From NCBI GenBank assembly GCA_951406725.2, contig OX597821.1:105276001-105340000 (forward strand): a stretch of 64,000 nt of DNA. Reading direction: 5' to 3'. This document shows, piece by piece, positions 1 to 12,560 of this stretch. How positions within the stretch are numbered: the stretch's first letter is position 1; each line of letters begins with the position of its first letter. Source of the DNA: Octopus vulgaris. Its lineage: Eukaryota. A model generated the notes under the pieces. That model did no database searches. It was not told the origin of the DNA and saw only the letters and a list, made by a program, of their open reading frames with translations. A program made the translations under genes and the position numbers.

Positions 1-1599
1 ATATTTCGTCACGGTGTCGAATTTCAAATCTTTGTTGATTCGTTACCTTATGTAAATTTATTTTTAAACAAGGTTAAAACCACAGAAGGATACCGCATTA
101 TCTCTGCTCAAACACTCAATATTACTACTGGCATCTAAAAGTATGTAGGGCTGCTTTGTGGCAGTAATTTCAGATAAAATCAATTAATGAGATTTAAGCA
201 TAGGCATATTGACTGCTTTTTTACGGTGCAACCCTGGATTTCCATATGCAAATTCTCAGAACATTCGATGTTACCTTGTAAAATATATCTCTAATGAATT
301 ACTCTCATGTTGGCGTAAGTAAAATATGTCTGATATACAACAAGAACTATGTGGAAGAGCTGAGAGAAGGCCTATTTCTGTTATCGACAATACGTAAACC
401 TTGGCATACACACAGATACAGCAAGCACATACTCCTATTTGTATATATGTCTATATGTATGTGTTTGTGCGTAAATGTCTATCGGCATATGCATGAAGTA
501 TACATACATCCAAACGTCTATTCATACATCATTCGGCGAGTTATATGGGAAGATTATATGAGTCGCTTCTAAAATATGTATTGTTCGAAAACGAAGTGAA
601 AACTACCGAGAAAATTGCAGTGAAACATATAATAGTTTTCATACAAACAACATCAATGCAGAAGCCAATCAAATTGATGAGAATTAGCTGATCATCAATA
701 TGGCGGATAACTTGAACAAAACACTCAGAAGCCGATTTAGTTCATTTGTTCCATAACTTCGTAAAGCTGAATAAATCTATACACGCACTATATTTTGATT
801 ATTTACGACAAATCCCATGCAGTAATGAATGTGAATTACTTTCAGATTGTGGCAGTAGACACGATTTATTCTACATAAAACCTCTGATTATTCAGGTAAC
901 CTATGTAAAATCCTTTCAAACCATTGTCCGTGCCATACGCCTACAAAAATAACTAAATATTATCGTTGTGTTTCTTTGACATCAAAGCAAGGTGAGAATT
1001 TTATATTGATGTTACTAAGCTGCAATAATAGTTTTCTGAATTGTTCACCTCTACAATGAAAGAGCAACATATATTGAAGTAATTGCCTTGTATATCATTT
1101 TATTGTGCGTTCTCGAAGCTGCGCAAATTAGCAGTTTCTCACCTATAGACATTGAAAGCGAAGTATTGTAGAATAACTGTCAGAACATAAGGCATATGAT
1201 GCATATTATTTTATCTCAGATCAGTTATGCATAACATTTTGATAATAAAATAATATAAGCAATCGAAACAGAAGTACATCTTGGAAATATTAAATGCTCA
1301 CATAATATTATATGGCCGAGGCAAAACACCATTACGATAAATACTACACTGTCTCCTTTGTAATATCTGGGCATAAAAAAATCTTTAAGATCCATTAAGG
1401 AACACCACTTAGATATTAGATTTAAATAATGCGATGAAATTCCTAAGTACTGATCTAAAATTTTTAAATAGGATATTTCCCTACAAATGTTATTGGTAAC
1501 CAAAACAGAAACAAAAGGCCTGAGCTTTCATCGAATAAGAGAGTTTATCATAATGATGTTATTAGGACGTGCTGCATAATGGGGGGAGGGGCGTCATCC

Positions 1600-2182
1600 T
1601 GAGATGCGATTGTGAAAATGAGAACATCAATTCAACTTACGATCCGAGATATCAAGAATGAAGTTGTTGAAATTTGTTATGCATTACACATGCGAGGGAA
1701 AATTATCGAACTACTTAACCGTAAGTTATCAAAGGATGTGCAGATTAGTTACATTTTAATCCGGTCCATAATCACTGAAGATTTGGGTATGGGATGCGTG
1801 TCTGCCAAGTTTGTGCTAAAACTGCTTTCAGCAGATCAAAGAGTTACTAACGTTTCAGTTGTACAAGTTCTCCTTCATTGTGTCGAGAACAATGAAAACT
1901 TTGAAAAAATTGTGTAAGCCTCCGAGCTGGTATCATCAAGCTTTTGAAAAGATTTCGTGTGGATTCTCTGCTCAACTTTCTCTGTCGTGCACAGAGTGAC
2001 GATCACATGCTGCACACCTTTCTTCCAAGCAACGGTGTAAACAGCGAAAGTGAACTAGAACGTTAAAACTTAGTGCACATGCACAGCCGAGGTTATGGTC
2101 AATCTGTGCCGAGCGGCTAAACTCTGTGTGCTTTAGCATCGTTACTATTGGAAGAGTCCGGATACTTATTAATCAGAACAGG
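1600..2182 (+). mobile_element. decayed mariner-like DNA transposon fragment
   Basis: ORF 1612-1917 contains ISYILIRSIITEDLGMGCVSAKFVLKLLSADQR, resembling the mariner HTH/WVP-linker region; a TIR-like right end (ccggatacttattaatcagaacagg) is followed by TA. No left TIR was found. Confidence 0.75.
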
Positions 2183-2191
2183 TATATATAG

Positions 2192-2570
2192 CTTTTACTT
2201 GTTTCGCATATTATTTTGCGGCCATTCTAGAGAACCAATTTGAAACATGTTAGTCAAATGAATCGACTCCTGTAAGCTTTTAAGCTGGTACTTCTTCACA
2301 CGATCTGTTATGCCGAACCGCTATCTTACGAGTAGGTAAACACACCAACACCGGTGTTGAAGCGGTGGTTGAGAAACAAACACAGAAATACAGATACACA
2401 CACAAACTCCTATACACGACGAAAGTCTTTCAATTTTCGTGTACGAGACTCACCAGAATGGCTTTCGTTAGTCGGAGGCTATAGTCGAAGACACTAGCCA
2501 AGGGTGCCACATAGAGCAACTGAACACGGTACCATGTAGTTGGGAAGAAAGATTGGTGCTAACCAAGCCC
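2192..2570 (-). mobile_element. degenerate tRNA-derived SINE (family S1)
   Basis: Shares gccgaaccgcta, gaggctatagt.gaagacac and aagg.tgccac blocks with copies at 17185, 49350 and 57285. Confidence 0.75.
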
Positions 2571-2854
2571 TGTTTTCCCTTTCGGCCAGTTTAGCGACTC
2601 GAGAACAGAACATTATCGGAGCAATAAAGAAATATTAACAAATACAAGCCAACGAGCAATGCACTGAAAATATGGTCATAAAATCCAAGGATTTGGTGAC
2701 ATCAATACACATTCAAAAGGTGTAATGAATAGCAGTAGCTGCACACTGACAAAGACTAACAGACAGATATATAACTACTTACACTAATGTCCTTCATATC
2801 TATTACTTTCCGAAAATGTGTGCCCCTCTTCCCCGGTAATGTACACGATGCTTC

Positions 2855-2929
<75 letters not shown>

Positions 2930-3034
2930 TATATACAGTTGTATATATGTATGTGCATATATGTTTGAGTGCATATGTGTGTAAATTGTATATATGTATG
3001 TCTGTATATATATATATATATATATATATACTAA

Positions 3035-3145
3035 GCAATAAAGGGTTTGACAACGAATTGCCTTACCATATACCGAATTTAGAAATAGCAGTAAAGAGTT
3101 ATAGCTATTTCTTCTACTAAAAAGGAGATCTCAGTAAAAACAGCA
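3035..3145. repeat. short (TA)n-flanked interspersed repeat
   Basis: Second copy at about 34235-34340 (aacgaattgcct..acc..accgaatttagaaatagcagt.aaagag..atagctatt.cttctactaaaa..g.gatctcag). Confidence 0.75.
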
Positions 3146-3167
3146 TATATATATATATATATATATA

Positions 3168-3358
3168 GGGAGAATATACAAGAAAAACAAAAGCCGCAGA
3201 CGGTGAGTAAACACCAAACATGCAATAGTTTAACGCTCGCGAAGTGAGAAAGTCTTTTCCGTTTCGAACCTACGCTTTTCGACAGAAAGGAACACACAAA
3301 TAAACAGGGAGAGAAAATATACAAAGGTTTAGTGGCGAGCGATCTATAATGGCGAATA
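3168..3358 (-). mobile_element. Penelope-like terminal repeat fragment (family D)
   Basis: Reverse complement resembles 44990-45185, the 3' end of the Penelope-like RT element; flanked by microsatellites. Confidence 0.7.
3254..3289 (-). ncRNA. degenerate minimal type I hammerhead-like motif (family D)
   Basis: Minus strand CTTT-CTGTCGA-A-AAGCGTAGGTTC-GAAA-CG-GA-AAAG, homologous to 45059-45094; the cleavage U is mutated. Confidence 0.45.
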
Positions 3359-3392
3359 CACACACACACACACACATTTATATGTATGTATG

Positions 3393-4207
3393 CACAAGCG
3401 GGTACTCAAAAGTAACCGGGAACGTTCTCGGCGGTACAGACCTATTGTTGTTGAGACTACTGCTACGAGAAGCCGCGTAATGCGACCCAGAGAGCAGTCT
3501 GCGACAGGCGTCTTTTAGTGCTGTCATTCTCCCACGTGGAGCGCCTTTATTTTGGAAAGCTTCTCCCTCTCTCGTCGTTTTTCGCGATGGTTGGAACAAA
3601 GAAACAGCGTGCTTCCGTGACATTCTGTGTCCTGCTGGCAAAAACAGCGGTGGAAACAGTAATAATGCTTCAAACAGTTTATGAGGACGCTGCCATAAGC
3701 AAAACGCCAGTTCACGAGGTGTTTTCATGCTTTAAGATCGGTCACTTGTCATTTGAACACCAACCTCATCAAGGGCGACCGTCGACATCCTGGACTAAAG
3801 AAAACATCATGACAACTTATGGACTGATCTGGGAGGACGGACACGCAATCACGTGACGAAGTAGCTGAAAAAAACTGGTGTTTTCTGGCTGGAGCTGGAA
3901 TTTTGAGTGAGGAATTGCAAATGAAATGAGTTGAAGCAGAATTTGTGCCTCGCTTCTTCACGATCGAAAGCAGTCAGGAATAAATGTCGTTAACTGAAAG
4001 AAGACTTGGATTATGAACTGGACTTTACTTTTGAAGGTCATCACTGTTGCTATGGTATTTACAGATATGAAAGAGGTGAACGAAAAAACAACGACGGCGT
4101 GGAGATGCATCACTTCGCATGGGTTCTAGAACAGCTCCGAACAGAGGAAAACCCCTCTAGAGCGATTCATTGCTTCAAATGGGGAAAATATGACGGCGAT
4201 AAAAGTG

Positions 4208-4208
<1 letters not shown>
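3393..4208 (+). mobile_element. decayed mariner transposon
   Basis: ORF 3518-3856 has the mariner N-terminal HTH (QRASVTFCVLLAKTAVETVIMLQTVY...GRPSTS), with a downstream EFVPRFFT linker; frameshifts, stops and an internal deletion are present. Confidence 0.85.
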
Positions 4209-4264
<56 letters not shown>

Positions 4265-4266
4265 CC

Positions 4267-5160
4267 TTAGAAAGCTTTAGGGTTTGACTTTATATTTTCT
4301 ATTACCCAAGCTTCTTTATCTGCTCTCTCCCTTTCATCAGACTGGTGCAGACTTTTCTCAATTTCCATTAGCATTCTCTCGAGCCGAGACTTCTCACCAC
4401 TTTTGGTGTGCTTGCTCAGGTGGTTCGCAATCCTTGTCCGTCGTCTCATAAGAATCTTTCTTTCTCTAGGGATCCTGTTTTTGGTTTTGTGTATGCTGGC
4501 CCTGCACACTGGGACATATTTGTCACATATGGCTTGTATTACGGACATGAAGTGTTTGTGTTTCATGTTAATGTCCGGTGTGGAGAGACATTTAGGCCAA
4601 TGCTGTTTGAGGATCTCTTTCTCGATCAACTTCCATTTTGCTTTATGAAAGTTTAAGTTGGAGAGATTGTGGATGCTTCGTATAGGCTGTGTGTCTGCGG
4701 GGATTTTGGTCCATACATAGACAGCTCTATTATGTTGTGATCCGAGATCGTTGTCGGCATCACTTTAACATTATGGATAATATCCATATTGTTTGTGAAG
4801 CAGATATTAAGTATATTATCTGCACTTGTTGGTTGCAGCACAATTTGCTCCATGAAAAAGGCATTTGTGAGATAGAGCAGGGACTCTGATGGTATGTCAT
4901 CCCTGGGAGCATCTGCCACCACCCCCAAGCCATTCCACATTGGGGAAGTTAAAGTCACCCATGAAGAATACACTGTTGTGTTGTTCCAGGCTGGTGAGAA
5001 CTTCTATTGTTGTTAGGCAGTCTTCAAACATGCCTGAGTGATTTGGGGCATTTGGTGGGCGATATGTAGTACATATGACGATATTCAGTTGTCTTATGTG
5101 TACAATTTGAGTGTTACACACTGAGTTTGAATATGACAACAGGACCTGGGGCGTGAGGTC
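4267..5160 (-). mobile_element. non-LTR retrotransposon fragment, APE endonuclease domain (CR1/L2/Jockey-type)
   Basis: Frameshifted peptides with YRPP, MGDFNFP, QIVLQPT..NILNICFTN, SDHNII and IKSNPKAF; cut at both ends by microsatellites. Confidence 0.85.
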
Positions 5161-5173
5161 ATATATATATATG

Positions 5174-5209
<36 letters not shown>

Positions 5210-5373
5210 TGTATGTATGTATGTATGTATGTATGTATGCATGTATATATATATATATGTATGTATGTATGTATGCATGTATATATATGTATGTATGCAT
5301 GTATATATATATATGTATGTATATATACATATATATATATGTATATATATGTATATATATATATATATGTGTG

Positions 5374-5406
<33 letters not shown>

Positions 5407-6075
5407 GTTTGTGTGTATGTGTGTGTGTGTGTGTACGCATAGACACATATGCATCTACGTGCCAGAATACGGATGTGGACGGAGACGACAATCTCAATGA
5501 CAGTTTAAAAATCTTCACCGGTAAGAAATCTGATGAGACAGAAATATATGGCTTATTTTATGAAAATATGAAAGCAAAATTACGGCCCTTGATTCGGAAT
5601 GCACGTGTGCTATATGCATACCGATTCATTTAATCCACAGAGTGATTGGAGATACTATTAAATTAGACAACATTTGAAAGGGCTGAATAGAGACTTCAAC
5701 TGAATGTTGATTAAATGAAAGTTGTTTACTACTACAAAATCTCTTTCAGCTGCAAAACACGCAAATGTATACATAATATTTTTTCTGCATACCGAAAAGT
5801 CACTTTAAGTTTGTGTTATATATGCTATATATGCAAAACCAACCTTACGTTTATGAACATCGATATATTTTGGGTTTTGTTATGAAAGGAAAAGAAATAT
5901 TTTGTAAAAACATATATTCATGTTTATATCTTTACTTTCCTAGGTATAAATATATAGGAAAAAACTACTTCTACCCTCTATTGAAATGGGTTTTTTTTTG
6001 CACACTCACACACACACAGATAAATGCATAATATTTTCTGTTGATATGAGGCATTTTGAAAGTTATCTCAATATG

Positions 6076-6106
<31 letters not shown>

Positions 6107-6111
<5 letters not shown>

Positions 6112-6641
6112 ATATTGGTTCCTATACTGTATATCATAAATAGTAATACCGCTCAGTGCATATTTGGACTGGGCAATATACTGGGATTAGAGTGTGTAGA
6201 GATAATTTTCGTGTTTCGAATGGGCTAGAGTATTTCTATTTTGGATGTATTTGGGGTACTTAGTTGTGCCCATGACTTAGTGTTTGCTTCTTCCATGGGT
6301 ATGAGTAAGTATCTCATTTATTTCTTTTGTCACATGTATCACAGACGAAGGGAGGGCTATTATAAGCTAACCCTGAAATCGGTCCGATATGGTAATAATG
6401 GAATTTTTTAGAAATTTCTGTTCACCTTTTTTCGAGTAGCGTGCGTATTGTGAAAAAATTATATGGTTAATGGACATTATGTCCAATTTTTCGGCATATT
6501 TGGCATTAAATTTTTTTTCGTTTGCCCTTACTTATGAATTGTTTATAATTTTAACATTTAAATGTATTTTTATTATGCTGGCCATTGATAAATTTTTTGG
6601 GAAAATAATTTTTTTCGAAAAAATTTTATCCTACATTAGAT
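6107..6641 (+). mobile_element. (TA)n-embedded hammerhead-bearing repeat (family A), probably Penelope-related
   Basis: Homologous to 17425-17973; both copies end in cctacattaga followed by TA repeats. Confidence 0.75.
6337..6394 (+). ncRNA. type I hammerhead ribozyme, core-mutated copy (family A)
   Basis: TATCA-CAGACGA-AGGG...CCCT-GAA-ATCGGTCCGAT-A-TGGTA; U4 changed to A relative to the copy at 17571. Confidence 0.7.
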
Positions 6642-6671
6642 ACATATATATATATATATATACATATATAT

Positions 6672-6736
<65 letters not shown>

Positions 6737-6795
6737 TATATATATATATATATAACATATATATATATACATACATATATATATATATATGCATA

Positions 6796-6900
6796 TTTGA
6801 GTAGTTGAATGAATTATCTTATTAAGGATAATTCGAAAGATAACCGATACCTGGGTAGCAAATTCACATCAGAAAGAACACGCTTGAAGCTACGTTATTT
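6796..6900 (-). mobile_element. 3' terminal fragment of family B repeat
   Basis: Reverse complement of the termini at about 9295-9388 and 41012-41107. Confidence 0.75.
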
Positions 6901-8424
6901 GCTAAATAACTTAAGCCGTTGATTAATATTTTAGGAAAATCTGTCCTACAGAACCCAAAGCTTGTGCCCACTCTTTTAACAGCATTTGTTACAGCTATCT
7001 ACAAGACGGTAGACTCTGTGACATTACACACTGTCATGGTGATATTTTTTTCTTATGAAAACTCGATACGAAAAATGTTTATTCAATATATCAGATATGC
7101 TGCTACGATACATACTTTTCGGTGATACCATGCAATATTTCAAATAGCAATTACTTACGTAAGCTTATTCCTTCCTTTCGAAAGGTAATTCTGCTCAGAG
7201 CACATTTCAGTAACATTTTATTTATTCCTGAATATATTTTATGTCTTGTTCCAATATTCGTGAGCGGATATTACGTAAGTTACTTGCAAGCAATTCCTGC
7301 AAAAAAAACGTCATTATCAGATAAGATTTATATCATTGTTATATCTATATTGGTTACAGATATGCAAATGTACAACAACAAAAAAAATGCAAATCATGAA
7401 TTATATAAAATATCATAGAAAAAATATATATTTCATTGAGGTGAATTCGGTAAGAAAATATATGGAGGCTAATGACATGTCCAAGAAAATAGAATTTCGA
7501 TATAAAATAATATAAGTAAAATGTGAGAAGCTAAACTATGGAGGAATATGAAGAGTGTTTGAATAATGTCAGATGTGGTCTGAATTGTGTGTGTTTAGAA
7601 AAGTGCTGAGAATAATAAACTGAGTTGTTAATAATATTTTCAGCTGGGGCAAGTAAAGTTTAAATGAGATTCTAGTAGAGAATGTGAAGGTGTATAAAGT
7701 AACGGGATATTAACGTGGGCACGTATAGAAAACGATAAACAAGGAAATTTAATGTCACATGGAAAGCAGTGCAGAAAGGTATGTTTAGGGTGTTAGGATG
7801 GGCTGTGGGTTTTTGTGTGTGGGCGTAGTGTACGTGCGTGTGTGTATGAATGCATCAACGTACAAGAAATCGCTTCTATATGTCAGTCATAAAGACTGTA
7901 CGCAAAAGAGAGAAATATTACTCCTTGCTTGCCGAGAAATCTGAAACGCAGAGCCTTTTCTGACAGAGTAGAATCATGTGTGTGCGTGTGTGAGCTTGTC
8001 CGTACGTGTGTGTGTGTGTGTGCGTGTTCGTGCGTATGTATGTGTGTTGGTATGTGTATGTGTGGACGTGTGTGCGCATGTATTTGTGTGTGCGCTCCTG
8101 TTTGTGTATATGTATACGTCTGCTGTGTATGTTCACACGAAAACCTATACATACACAAGCAACAACGAGGCAACTATAACAAATAAAATTGTAAGTAAAT
8201 ACATTTTTTATGGCATATGCGCACATTCCATACATTGAAGAAAAGTATATTAATAATGGTATGCAACAGGTATTCTTAATGTTTTGTGTAAGGGATCGTC
8301 GAGAAATATAACAGAACGGACAGAAATGCAGATCGGAAGTCACAGAAAAAAGCGTTGCGTATGTCAACGGCATGACATTTGACTTCAGAATACTGTGAGT
8401 AAAATGCGCATTAAAGAGGTATTG

Positions 8425-8500
<76 letters not shown>

Positions 8501-9035
8501 GCGAGTTGTAGAAAGCTAATCTTTAAGAAATTAATAACGTAGGGCACAGGCATGTATAAATCTCGTTTTACATAATCGAAATGCATCTACGTATGGCAAG
8601 AAATATCAAAGCTTCCCAAGCCTGACTTTTAATGAGGAATCGAAAGAGAGATATGCAGTGTATATAAGTTATTGGGAATTACGCAGTTTTGGAAACAGGA
8701 AAGCGGTGCAATTATAAACTGTGTAAGGTTGACTCATGAGTTTAATGATGAGTATAGCGTAAAAGTTAGGGTTTAGGTGGTAGGGAAACTTGACCGGTAT
8801 ATGTACTGCAAAATACCGTGGAATGACAATGTGATAAAAAATATTTGGCCATAAACGCAACAGTTAGCTCTGCTGGGTTGTCGAACCTGCAAACATTTAA
8901 TTAAAACTGCAATACTGCGATGGGACTGCACATCTTATATATACTCATAACACACCGACGACACGTGCACACACACTTAGACACCTCTTCCTCGTTTTCC
9001 TCCGCCACATCTCTGTCCCCCTTTTTCTGTATGTA

Positions 9036-9082
<47 letters not shown>

Positions 9083-9088
<6 letters not shown>

Positions 9089-9384
9089 GAATGGAGTCGA
9101 ACGACGATTTAACAAAATTCCTTTATTCTCGACATATGTTTCGAAGACTGCATATTCTTAATATGCAGTCGTCGAAACATATGTCGAGAATAAAGGAATT
9201 TTGTTAAATCGTCGTTCGACTCCATTCTTTCATTTATTTATATTAAAAAAAACACACAAATTTCCACACGAAAGTACGTGATTTCTGCCCTTGGCATGTA
9301 GCTTCAACCGTGTTTTCTGATGTGAATTTGCTACACGGGTATCGGTTAAGCGAATTATCCATACTAGGATAATTCATTCAACTA

Positions 9385-9388
<4 letters not shown>
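9083..9388 (+). mobile_element. family B repeat with 151-bp fold-back palindrome
   Basis: 9083-9233 is a near-perfect palindrome (one mismatch, loop CTT), followed by the family 3' end; (TA)n on both sides. Confidence 0.85.
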
Positions 9389-9447
<59 letters not shown>

Positions 9448-9456
9448 GCACACATA

Positions 9457-10335
9457 CAAGGTGCGGTGAATATATTGTTGTCTAAATTACGCAAAAATGA
9501 AAATAACACTGACATTTCAACTGATATACTTACTAAAATTACGTGTAAATATCTTGAAATACTAAAGAGTAAATTTTCTTAATAAAATTGACATTCGATT
9601 CAATCATGGCCTCCAAACAACTTCAGAATCTCCTGCAGATCATCTGGACACTCTTGTTGGTGAATGCTGCCGCAATCCTTGCCTTCAGTTCAGCGTTGGT
9701 GTTAAAGGAGTTTTGTTTGTCTTTCGTTCAACTGCGCCCCACAGAATATAATCAAGAGGGCTGCAGTCTGGGGAGTTTTGTAGCCAGATGTTTGTGATGA
9801 TGTGATCGCAGTAATTGTTTCACATTCATGGCCGTGTCCTCCGGCCTGTGTTGTGTGGGATGGTGCAGAGTTCTGTTGCCAAACATAGGGTCTTCCAGCC
9901 GCCAACGTTTTGATAAAAGGCAGCACTAAATACTCCAGGCACTTGAATTAGGCATCCATATTGAGTCTGAGGCCGCGTGGGAAGATTAACGGAGATATAG
10001 CGTTGCCATCTCTAGTGATCACGGCAAACACCATGTCGTTCACTGGATGTTTGATTTCTATAACTCTCGGCACGTGATTTAGGGAAACGGCAAGTCAACG
10101 ATTGTTCTGTTTGTTCACCGTCTGTTCGTTTTGGAGCTTCCAGCTCGAATGTCAAGCAGTACAGCACGTCATTTCCAAATTTCTGGAGGAGTGGATCGCG
10201 CCATGGTGCCTTTCTTCTTACAGACGGTGCCGATATAAGCCTACTATAGTGTGTAGTCGACAAAATCAAAAACAAGCAAAGCGCATGCGTGAAATTATAA
10301 ATATAAAATGGTGACAGTTTACCCATCGCCCCATG
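9457..10335 (-). mobile_element. internally deleted IS630-Tc1-mariner element
   Basis: Minus-strand peptides FPHGLRLN, GRPYVWQQNSAPSHT and SPDCSPLDYILW; imperfect TIRs caaggtgcggtgaa / cccatcgccccatg. Confidence 0.8.
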
Positions 10336-10413
10336 TGTATGTATACATAAATACAGACCACTGTGTATGTATCCGTCTGTCACACTCTTTGCTTCTTTTT
10401 TGTCTCCCTTTTT

Positions 10414-10500
<87 letters not shown>

Positions 10501-11354
10501 CATGTGCCTGCGTGTGTGTGTGTGCACGTGTGTACGTGCGTATGCACGTTCGTATGTATATAATATTTAAGATGCTGTGGAGACTCAAAAGTTGAGCTGA
10601 TTTATATAACTTGCCCTGTAGCTACAAGTAATTTTTCACCATCATTGCATGCCTTTACAGCTATTTGTAAACAAGGATTCTGGCCTTTTTGTCCATGTGC
10701 TGGTCTTTTAGACCATGTCCTGGAATTTATTAATACATTTGTATCTGAAATTATATAGTGTCTTGGAATTCTTGAATGCACGATCTAAAAAATTCTCCCA
10801 CACTACGTAATAGCAGATCCCAAATTTTTATCAAATGGAAGCACATAGAAACATTTCTTTTCTCGAACATGACAGCAGCCTCTCAAGCGTGGGTCTTTTT
10901 CTCACAAGTTTTCGAATTCTCTTCGTTTATTATTCTACACCAACTAGATTCATTACGCTTTATACAGACGAAATGGAATTAAGATCTTGATTTTTTTTCG
11001 TTTTATTTCTTCTCGTGCCCCTTTGTGCATCGATATTCTTTGCGTTTTAACCTTCCGTTCATTCTTAAGTTTCTTCACAAACCGACACGTTGGTTTTCAA
11101 ATAGATGCAACAGTATGAACAGAGTCTGAAAGATTGCTTGGAGATACATGGCATGTCCTGTAAATGTGCAAATAATTTTTGTTTTTACTCTTGAACATGA
11201 AACTACTGATGGTTTTGCGCATATTAAATCATATTTATCCCTCACTGGACAAAGTACGTTTTGTTGTTGATCCAACCTATAACGGAGTGATGAAGTACTT
11301 ATTTACACACTTAAATGCATACATAGATATATACATACATACGCACACACACAC

Positions 11355-11430
<76 letters not shown>

Positions 11431-11868
11431 TTGCTTGTATATATGTGTATATGTGTGTGAATGTCTGCAGATATGTGTGTGTGTATACACTTAGATGTAT
11501 AATTATGTGTGAATGAATGTATAAGTCACAATTGACTCTCTGTCTGTATATTCGACACGTAAGAACTAGCTGTTAAATTTCCATGAATTGTACACTACTA
11601 ACGGTATGGCAAATACGTATATGAATAATATATTGCATATACTGTAATCCTACGTATGCAAAACACGAAGAGGAAGCCATGTTAGATTGTGTTTGATCAT
11701 AGGTCTGCGCAATCAAAGTAGACCTGCGGCCCAAAAATAAAAACAATATCAATATTACACATAAACACCTACAAATGGGTGTGTGTACGTGACTGCCTTT
11801 TTGTATGATGTAATATTTCTACAGAATAATATATAATGGAATATCTTTCTGTCTTGAGGCAGTTGCCA

Positions 11869-11901
<33 letters not shown>

Positions 11902-12149
11902 TATGTATGTGTGTATGTGTGCGTGTGTTACATCGGGAAATAATATAAGACAGTGAGAGATAAAATGCATACATAAAGAGACAGTCACACAGGCACAAAT
12001 ATATATGTATCTTAGTATGTATGTATGTATATATATATCCTGAAAAAAATGCCTTCTATTCTATGTGAATTCACTTTTTCTCACACAAAGGTAATTTACG
12101 CAGCAAAGATACCATGCAGATTAAATAATACAAAAAGAAAATAGCCCGC

Positions 12150-12459
12150 ATAAATATTAATATTAATAATAATGATAATAATAATAATAGTAAGGGATTA
12201 GAAGAAGAAGAAGAATATGAAGAAGAAGAAGAGGGAGAATAATAAAAAGAAACGGAAGAAGAAGAAGAAAAAGTAGAAGAAAAGAGGAAGAAAAAGAAGC
12301 ACAACAACAACAACAAAAACAGGAACAAGAACAAGAAGAAAAATAGGAATTAATATGAGAGTTTTGGTATTGGTATTGGCGATAATAAAGATGATGATGA
12401 TCATGGTAGGTAACACTGATGATGCTGATGATGACGACGCCGACGACGACGACGCTGAC

Positions 12460-12507
<48 letters not shown>

Positions 12508-12560
12508 AGTGGTGTTGATGATGACAATGATGACGTCGATGATGGTGATGATGATGCTGG
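12150..12560. repeat. compound trinucleotide microsatellite (AAT/GAA/CAA/GAT/GAC)
   Basis: Read directly from the sequence. Confidence 0.9.

Noticed and set aside
5525-5560. CTGATGA...GAAA hammerhead-like string
   Set aside because: Helices II and III cannot form.
8500-8940. (TA)n-adjacent block with an antisense B-box-like motif
   Set aside because: Single copy in the window with no TIR, TSD or ORF, so it cannot be classified.
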